From: Mayamaea pseudoterrestris
Taxonomy: Eukaryota
Direction: 5' to 3'
Assembly (NCBI GenBank): GCA_027923505.1
Contig: BROI01000004.1
Location: 310,001-374,000, forward strand
Length of the DNA stretch: 64,000 nucleotides
A program made the position numbers and the translations under genes. Positions 56,369-64,000 of this stretch are shown in pieces (within the stretch, counting starts at the first letter, position 1; the number at the start of each line of letters is the position of its first letter). The notes beneath the pieces were generated by a model, which saw only the letters and a list, made by a program, of their open reading frames with translations, had not been told where the DNA came from and did no database searches.

Positions 56369-58863
56369 TCAAATTTTATGGGCACATGCCAAGAGTTTTT
56401 TAAATTGCTGATATGCACCTTCCGCATTCTGCACGCCAACAACGGCTATCTTGATGCTCTTACCAATGGCCTTGCCCAGAGCCCGTTTGTTAAATTCAAA
56501 GAATATGGGTACATCATTCGTTTGACAAAGATCAATGGTTTCTTGGAGCTTCTCATCGATAACACCATACTCGTCAAGGTTGTTTGCCATAAGTACCATT
56601 TTTACTTTGTGCGACCGTATACCTCGAGCAACTTCACGAAGTCCCATTACTAGATGACGGCGAACTTTGGTGTTCTGCTCCTCAACAGCGCGCTTCTGCA
56701 AGCGCATTAATTCGCCGACCATCTCAATGAGGAGAGCTTTAACATTAGGGTCGTCTGTAACAACAGCGTAGTGACGCGGAACACCTTTGTTTGCATTTTC
56801 GGCACCCGCTTGCATTCGGCAAACCGGTCAGGAATCCTCTTGTCCCCTGAGAATAGTTGACCAGTTGCCTCTTCGCCATGCAGGGCTTGAACAAATGTTT
56901 CGTTCTTGACATGTTTTTCCAATATTGAAACATTGTTGCCACCAATTTGCATCCCACAAAAACCAAGCATCCCAGCTTGTTTGTCTTCGGCCGAGGCATA
57001 CGTGATCCGCACGGCCTTTTCGCCATCAGAAGGAGAACGGCAAACTTCAAGCACAACACCATAACGACCGGCAAGCTCTCGAATATCATTTAGACTTTCT
57101 TCAAGACAGTCTTCGTCCTCCAAGTCATCGTACGTCAGAACGTCTTCAATAATGACAGCGTTGAAATCATCTGCACCAACTAGCTCGGCGCGTATGGTTG
57201 CTCCACTTATGACTGTGTTGTTGAGTTTGGTAATTGCCTGCCGTACACATGGCATGCCCCCCTTGTACGTTATGATTACCCGCGGAGCTGGATCCTTTTC
57301 GACACGAATGGCAGACACTGGGCCGTGTAGCTCGGCAATAGCGCGTATATCAGCAAGACACTCGTCCAAACAATCCTCATCATCGAAATCATCCTCTGCT
57401 AAGATGTTGAGAACAGCAACTTCAATAATATCGCATTCTGCAGGCGTTGCAGACGGAATCTTTGTCTGCGACCAAGTTGACTTCAAACAAAACAAGCGCC
57501 AATCTTCCTCATTGTCCGGTGAGCCCGCCTTCGTGATAGTCTCGAGCGTGTCGCCCCCTACTACCATGCCATTCCAACATGCCATCGCGGCGGCTGCATC
57601 CTTGCTATTGATAAACTCAATGAAGCATGGATGCAAGTCGTTTGCCCAATCCACCTTCTCACGTGGAATGTGGACGAATTTGACACTACCGACTTTAGCG
57701 GCAAGATCCTGCAAATCCGTCACAAACTCCTCGTATTCCTCGTCATCTGCAACTTCATCTATACTCACAAAGTGGAAAACGCATACCGCTGTCGCGGCAA
57801 CTTTAATTGCGCCATCTCCATCCAACACATTGTTTGTGGCATCCGCAGCAGGGGACGCATCGGCTGGATGCAAGTCACGCCACTGCTTGAGTCGCTCCTG
57901 CAATACTCGCTTTTTTAAAGTCGTGAACTTTTTCTTTCGTGGACGTATTCGCTGTCGCCCCTTGCCGGTGACTGTCATTTTGCCATCCTGTAAAAGCCGT
58001 AGCAAAGCATGTTCGTCGCCAGTCAAGTCGCGAGGTTGTTCAGAGACGGAGACCGAGGCGCTTTCTTTAGGTTTTAGCTTGGCATGGCCCAGGGACAATT
58101 TGTCTGGTATTGGTTTATTGCTCGATTTGTTAATTTGAGTCACCTTTGGAAGGACATCTCCTAAGCTCATATTCTTCAAAGTAGGTCTATGTTTCTTTGT
58201 CTTTTGTTTCGAAGGCTGGTTCGACTCTCGCTTGATCGCTAATATGTCTTCTTGATTCGATTGATTAGCAGTATATTCAGGTCCAGGTTTCTTCTGTAGA
58301 CTCTCGGCAGTCGAATCGATCACTGGTCCGTCGTAAATTGGACGAGTAGGCACCTGTGCGGGCGCTCGAGTAGCTTCGGTTGCAGGTAGACTAGGCCACT
58401 CTGTTCCGTTTAGTTCACGTATCCTATCATCACTATCTCTTTTGTAATGCGACGGGTAATTTCGTTGTTGTGCTGGTCCCCTTCCCCTGCCTCTGTTCCT
58501 GCTCGCAGCGCCCTCGTCAAACGCAGATCGTCCACCACGTGGATTGAACAAGCCACGACCAGACTGTGACGACCTCCCACCACGGCTCTGATTTCCGTGG
58601 TAGAACGTTCCTTTAACATGATCATGTTGTTGAAACGAAGGCGATGCCCTACAATTGTCATGTCCTCGAGCATAGTTGTCGCTCTGGCTGTATCTGTCGT
58701 TGCCGTGCCCTTGTCCATGCTCTTCATAATACCTTCCAGTCATTCGTTGTCCGTGACCTCGATGCTCTCTTCCCCGACCTATTCCAGCAGCATATCGACT
58801 GTGATGATACTCTGTATTCCTATCGTTCGACAAGTCTCGATGGTTCGCTCGCTGATTGCTCAT
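56369..58863 (-). CDS. SECISBP2: SECIS-binding protein 2 (SBP2) with three inserted UHM/RRM-like domains; 1-nt frameshift near 56795
   Basis: SID K-rich motif KGRQRIRPRKKKFTTLKKRVLQER in ORF 56707-58863. L7Ae domain RRHLVMGLREV..KRALGKAIGKSIKIAVVGV in overlapping ORF 56369-56815. Confidence 0.85.
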
Positions 58864-59183
58864 CTCGCAAGGTCAAGGTCGTAAAAGAAATCGGATTAAG
58901 ATGGCTAAGTTCTCTGCTTCGGATGCGCCTATGACTGACTGTAGATAACGCAGCAAGTTTAGAAAATCAAGCAGTTTATTATTAAATAGCAGCAGAACAT
59001 GCAACTGTTCCACAGTTGATGCTCGTCGTCAGCACGATGTTGATTCCAGGCGCAAACATCACATCAAGCCGCCGCGCCAATGGCGCGCCACAACTTGAGA
59101 ACCGAAGCGACATGATCGCGCAGTAACTGCAGTCGACTGGTAGGTAGTACTGTTCGGCCCAACGTGTTCTGTTCATTCTCACC

Positions 59184-60312
59184 ATGGCTTTTACCACGGA
59201 GCAAGCAGCCGTAAATGCGGCGTTGGAGGCTGCCTTGAATGATCTTGATAGCGACAACGAAAGTAGCGACGATGATGCGAAACCCGAAGCCGCCGTTTCT
59301 TGTATTCCATCGCATCATGGCGCCGCCGCCACTGCCACGGAACAAATTGGTGACGGCAGCACCAGCAATCTTCCGTCTGACAATGTTTGCGGCATTGCAA
59401 GCAGTCAAGAACGAGTCGTCTTTGGTCCACCAAGACCTCCACCGGAAATTCCCGATGACTTTCCTTCCGATGAGAAACTTTTGTGTGATCTCATGAAACA
59501 GTTGCTTCCAAGCGATGGTTTAAACGGTGACATTGACGCTGATGATGTCGATCCTGACCAGATCTTGAATCGTGTGTTACAGGAGATGCAGTCTCAGTTA
59601 GAATCGTTTGAAACCAATGAGCCTGTTGCACCGACGCAAGCATCAAAGGGGCAAGAAGCTAAAGCTGCTCCAAGCAACGACTTGGACGCCGCCATTGAAA
59701 ATCTGGCCCAAGGCGTGGCTAGTCAAGTCACAATGCTTGACATCCAAGCACCTCCTAAAACCAAAGCTCCAAATTTGAATGATCCTACATCATCATCACT
59801 GCCCGGCTTGCTCAAGGGCTTGACTGGGAATTGGTCGGACGACAATGCAGACGCACTCATGGACGGAATGATGGAGCAGCTTCTCTCTAAGGAGTTAATG
59901 TACGAACCCATGAAGCAGGTAGCAGATCAGTTTCCCCAGTGGCTCCAAGATAATCAAATGTACATCTCGCAACAGGAATATGACGAGTAAGTGCTTGTCG
60001 ACCCTGTTTTATCATATGGAGCGCATGCACATTCAAGGCAGTGCCCTCTTACTCTCGTACACTTACAATGTGCCACTGTTTCGCAGTCGACGAAAGCAAG
60101 CAGAATGTTTTCGCCGGCTAGTCCACGCATACGAAACGCAGCCTACCAACACCAAGCTCTACATGGAACTCATGCAGGAGGCGCAAGAGTTTGGTCAGCC
60201 TCCTTCTGATTTACTAAAAGAAATTGCTCCAGATCTAGAGCTTGACGATAACGGCATGCCCAAGCTTGATGGTATGGCATTTCCAACTGACGAAGAGTGT
60301 AGAATCATGTGA
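59184..60312 (+). CDS. PEX19: Peroxin 19; exons 59184-59986 and 60087-60312
   Basis: MMEQLLSKELMYEPMK..FPQWL, MQEAQEFGQPP and C-terminal CaaX CRIM. A phase-2 GTAAGT..CAG intron at 59987-60086 joins the two ORFs. Confidence 0.93.
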
Positions 60313-60379
60313 CTTAAGAAGTGCCGCGCTGGTTAACAGTGTAGTTGATGATTATTATTGATTTTCGCATTGTTTACTA

Positions 60380-61483
60380 TTACGCCTCGGATGTAGCTTC
60401 GTTTCTAATTTCCAGCTTCCACAAGTCGTCCAGACGTTGGGGATTCTTGTCATCGCCCGCCAAGCCGGCAAATATGTAGAAGTCTCCAGTTCCGTCCCCA
60501 TGGTCGATAGTTGCTGCGTCGGACCAACCTCGTTCGTCTGGCCAGTCTTCGCTATCATTCTCTTTCACAACGCTTTCAATGAACGCACCAGTCGTTTCGT
60601 CCATTATACAAACATCGTTTGCAAATCCACCAGCTCCCTCATGTCCTCGATCGGACGGGTTCACTTCACCACCAAAAATGATTGACACTGATGCTGAAGG
60701 AAATGATCCACTGACGCATACACTCCTCGGACGCATATCTTTTAGCTCGGTTGCCATGAGACCATCCTTGGACGTCCACGACCTGTTTTCAATGTCATAC
60801 ACTTGTCCATCGTTGGTCTCCTCGCCGGCAAATCCGGCAATGACTCCCAACTTGCGCCCGCCACTTAAAGGCACCAAATTTGGTCCACCTCGTCCTTTGA
60901 GCGACGACTCGGGCAAGCATTCCCACGTCAATGTCAATAGATCAAACTTGTGCAAGTCGTTCAATCGACCTGCCTGTCCACACCCTCCAAAGACAAAGAG
61001 TGCATCATCGATACAAACCATGCGATGAAAGGATCGCGCGCATGGCGTCGACTGTGACGATTCCTTCGCAATCACTTGCGTCCAAGCTCCATCATTGCCG
61101 TCGTAGCACCAAAGATCGTTCAACGCTTGTTCCCCCATGAGAATTCCGGCGCGGCCGCCAAAAATGTAAACCTTGTTGGTGGCTGCATGAACTGCTTGCG
61201 CGTGCGCAATGCGAGGCGGAGGACCATGTGAACAGTCAATCTTGCGCCATTGCAGTGATGTTTCATCTTGCAAGTCGACTTCCCAGGCAGCCTGGTCGGG
61301 TGCAATCGGCGTCCGCGCCTCATGCTCACCGCCGTAGACGAATAGACGGCGGGGATTCTGCAGGAGAGAGACGCCGTGCGAGCTGCGAGCGAGTGGCTTG
61401 TCACCCGTTTGAGGGTCGACGCTCGGAGTGAGTCTAGTCCATTTCATAGATACTCGAGGGGAAGTCTTAGCAGTCGTCGCCAT
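60380..61483 (-). CDS. Kelch beta-propeller protein, nitrile-specifier-protein-like
   Basis: Repeated Kelch blades (ARSSH..VYGGE, PRIAH..IFGGR, ARSFH..VFGGC, GRGG..AGF), IFGGEVNPSDRGHEGAGGF and ERGW. Confidence 0.8.
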   Translation of the reverse strand: MATTAKTSPRVSMKWTRLTPSVDPQTGDKPLARSSHGVSLLQNPRRLFVYGGEHEARTPIAPDQAAWEVDLQDETSLQWRKIDCSHGPPPRIAHAQAVHAATNKVYIFGGRAGILMGEQALNDLWCYDGNDGAWTQVIAKESSQSTPCARSFHRMVCIDDALFVFGGCGQAGRLNDLHKFDLLTLTWECLPESSLKGRGGPNLVPLSGGRKLGVIAGFAGEETNDGQVYDIENRSWTSKDGLMATELKDMRPRSVCVSGSFPSASVSIIFGGEVNPSDRGHEGAGGFANDVCIMDETTGAFIESVVKENDSEDWPDERGWSDAATIDHGDGTGDFYIFAGLAGDDKNPQRLDDLWKLEIRNEATSEA

Positions 61484-61862
61484 TGGTGCAGGTAAGGATT
61501 CACAGTTTATCGAGAAACGGAGGCAGAATTTGTGGCCGATTTCTTGCAAGGAGTTAAAGGTCGTTGCGGTTCTCAGTGCGACACCTTCAACCACTCATCT
61601 TGTTCCAGCACGCAGCGCGCAGGGTGCAACTGCAAGCACGATTCGCGATGGCCTCTGTAGGCTTTGCCGGACACTTAATCGTAGAATGTAACGGCGTGTA
61701 TGCGGTGCATGAAGCGTCGTTTTGTTTTAACCACAAAGGTTAGCCCGTCCTTCGCTAAGAAGTCGCAGCGTAGCAAATGAGTCGACCGATTGGGCTTTGA
61801 CTAGAAAGATGTACACGTTATATATATGAAAGAATACAACATTGCATGTATATTCGCCGCGT

Positions 61863-62870
61863 TCAAAAGCTATAGACGGTGCGTTTCCGAGTGCCATTAC
61901 CTGCCGCCTCGCCACCCTCACCTTCCTGAAGCAACTGCGCAATCATGGCGCTGGATTCAGCCTCATCCTCCTGCTCATCCGAAATTGTCTGCTGCTGCTG
62001 CTGCTCGCGAGTGGATTGCTGCTCCTTTGCTTGCGAGTCCAGCCCTTGCTTTTGCAGCAACTCTTGCAGTTGCAATTGATCAAGTTGCTCCTGCGACAAA
62101 CCAGCCTTGCCCGTTCGTCGCAGAAAGTCGTCCTGCATGATTCGTGTCAGCTTGTGAATGAGAGTACTGTTGTCGCTGCTGCTGCTGGCGTCTGTAAAGT
62201 CGTCGTCTGTATTGACAATTTCGTCATGCACATCATCATACTCGTCGTCGGCAATTTGCATCGCACTGCTCCTAGGTCTCATAATGGTCGGCAGCCAGTT
62301 CCATGCGCTGCTCCGACTCTTACTCAGCCTTTCGGTTTCATTGTCATGTTCTCTTACAGTTTGCAACATGTTCATGGCTAAATGTCGCATGGCATGGTCA
62401 TCGCGCGTCAAATGCCGCAGTACTTCTTGGTGTTCGTCCAGCTCCATGCGCGTCGCTTGCAGTGTGCGTTCCATTTTGCGCTTCTCCTGGGCATTCTTGA
62501 GTGACTGCGCCGAAACCAATACTAGTATAAAGGCCAGGGCCGACTGCATGGCGCCGTGCTTGACGCGCTGCTGGTGTAAGAGTGCTTTTGTAGTCGTTGC
62601 AGCTGCTGCAGATGGTGATGCAGTTGCTGATGCTGCATTGGAAAATATAGCAGGCTCCGTCTTTTTGCCTAGCGTACTCTTCAAAGCTTCATGTCGTACT
62701 TGAGCTTGCTCTGTTGATGCGTTGGAATAGTATCGACTGAAGGATGCATGGAATTGCTTGTGCTCGAAACGAAACGAGTGCAGCGATGGTGCTAGTTGCG
62801 ATCGTCGCTCGATGCCGCCGAATCGAGGCAGTAAAGCAGCGCAGCCCTTTACACCTATGGATCGTTGCAT
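61863..62870 (-). CDS. Hypothetical single-TM coiled-coil protein, probably mitochondrial
   Basis: 340-aa ORF with an Arg/Ser-rich N-terminus, one hydrophobic helix (SALAFILVLVSA), a coiled coil and an acidic/Gln-rich tail. Confidence 0.65.
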   Translation of the reverse strand: MQRSIGVKGCAALLPRFGGIERRSQLAPSLHSFRFEHKQFHASFSRYYSNASTEQAQVRHEALKSTLGKKTEPAIFSNAASATASPSAAAATTTKALLHQQRVKHGAMQSALAFILVLVSAQSLKNAQEKRKMERTLQATRMELDEHQEVLRHLTRDDHAMRHLAMNMLQTVREHDNETERLSKSRSSAWNWLPTIMRPRSSAMQIADDEYDDVHDEIVNTDDDFTDASSSSDNSTLIHKLTRIMQDDFLRRTGKAGLSQEQLDQLQLQELLQKQGLDSQAKEQQSTREQQQQQTISDEQEDEAESSAMIAQLLQEGEGGEAAGNGTRKRTVYSF

Positions 62871-63170
62871 GATTGAAAGAGTCAATATTTGCTATCGGGT
62901 TTGTTTTCTACATCGCGCACAGCCGACCGTTTTCCATGGCCATGGTTGAGACGGAAGGTTGTTGTGATGGAGCGTCTCGCACCGGTTATCGTTACATGAT
63001 ACGTACCTGTCGCACCACGAGTGATGTCACCTGCTTTTCCTTCGCCGAACGACAAACAACGGCCTCATCAATCAGCACAGCAAAAGCCTCGTCGTCGATC
63101 AATCCAGCGAGCGACATCACACCATTATATTGCCTGCATTGGTCATTTGTATACTAAAGAAAAAGTAAAT

Positions 63171-64000
63171 ATGTCGGCTGCTCAAATAGCAAACGCTGCC
63201 GAACTAGTAGCAACCAAGGGAGGCAAGCATTGGCCGCACAAGAGCCCGGCTCTCTCGGTAAGATCTTCTTGCTCCTAAGTTTGGTCGCTTTGCGTATCTT
63301 TTGCTTGAGATTGTTAGGCTTGATCATTACACGAATCTGATCCTTTCATTCCATTCCTCATTCAATTGTAACAGAAGGCAGTTGAGAATGCGTCAAAGCT
63401 CACCATAAGTCCAGAGCACGACGAACCCATGGGCTCTTGGAGCTCGGAGCAGATTCGTGATGCCACAAGCTCCTCCGTCATGCTCACTTGGGCGCCCGGC
63501 AAGGCTCGCCATTCGACTCCAATCATTACTCACGGCGAAGGAGTCTACTTGTTTGACGACAAGGGCAACAAATATTTGGATTGGACGTCGCAAGCAGTCT
63601 GCTCCAACATTGGCTACACCATGCCGCAGTCTGTCTTGGATGCCACGTTGCAGCAAATGAAGAATTGTGCCTTTGTCTATGGCGGCCTTGGCATTGTTGA
63701 AGTTCGCGCTCGATTGTCGAAACTCATGACGGAACTACTACCTGGAGATTTGCAGGGAATGGTCTTTCCATCGAGCGGGTCGGAAGCAAATGAAGCGGCA
63801 ATCATGATGGCGCGTCGATACACTGGCAAGTACAAGGTTATCAACTGGTATCGTAGCTACCATGGAGGAACTACCAACAGTCAGCAAGCGACTGGAGACT
63901 TTCGTCGCTGGTATGGAGGCGATCATGTACCTGGTTTTGTCAAGGCATTTAGTCCCTTTCCACTCTTTTGGGACTATGCGGGCGATGATGAGGCGGAACG
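63171..64000 (+). CDS. Class-III PLP aminotransferase (omega-amino acid/taurine-type), runs off window; intron 63258-63374
   Basis: The spliced frame gives HGEGVYLFDDKGNKYLDWTSQAVCSNIGY, FPSSGSEANEAAIMMARRYTG and YRSYHGGT. GTAAGA donor and ACAG acceptor, phase 0. Confidence 0.9.

Noticed and set aside
339..62703. Long antisense or overlapping ORFs (e.g. 339-992, 17210-17953, 24462-25289, 57152-58138, 62158-62703)
   Set aside because: They shadow well-supported genes on the opposite strand or frame and have no recognisable motifs.

Overview
Gene-dense eukaryotic nuclear DNA, most likely from a diatom or related stramenopile (short GT-AG introns, signal peptide plus AF-type plastid-targeting presequences, diatom-like bZIP). 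About 16 genes lie at 1-27.6 kb and 5 more at 56.4-64 kb. Between them is a gene-free tandem array of about 27.3 kb (~28160-55500), made of roughly 75-80 head-to-tail copies of a ~356-bp monomer. The monomer is an old dimer of two diverged halves (~186 + ~170 bp). Each half carries a 10-7-10 inverted repeat preserved by compensatory changes. The array shows CpG-decay polymorphisms, has a distinct central subfamily, and sits inside an older ~150-bp repeat present on both flanks; it is a candidate satellite centromere. Notable proteins: Gle1 fused to a Nup42-like FG/CCCH tail; plastid AtpI/CGL160 fused to a degenerate guanylate kinase domain; SBP2 with three UHM/RRM domains inserted (and a 1-nt frameshift); and a SatP/GPR1 acetate channel broken by an exact 8-bp duplication. 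All calls come from reading motifs by eye; no database searches were run.
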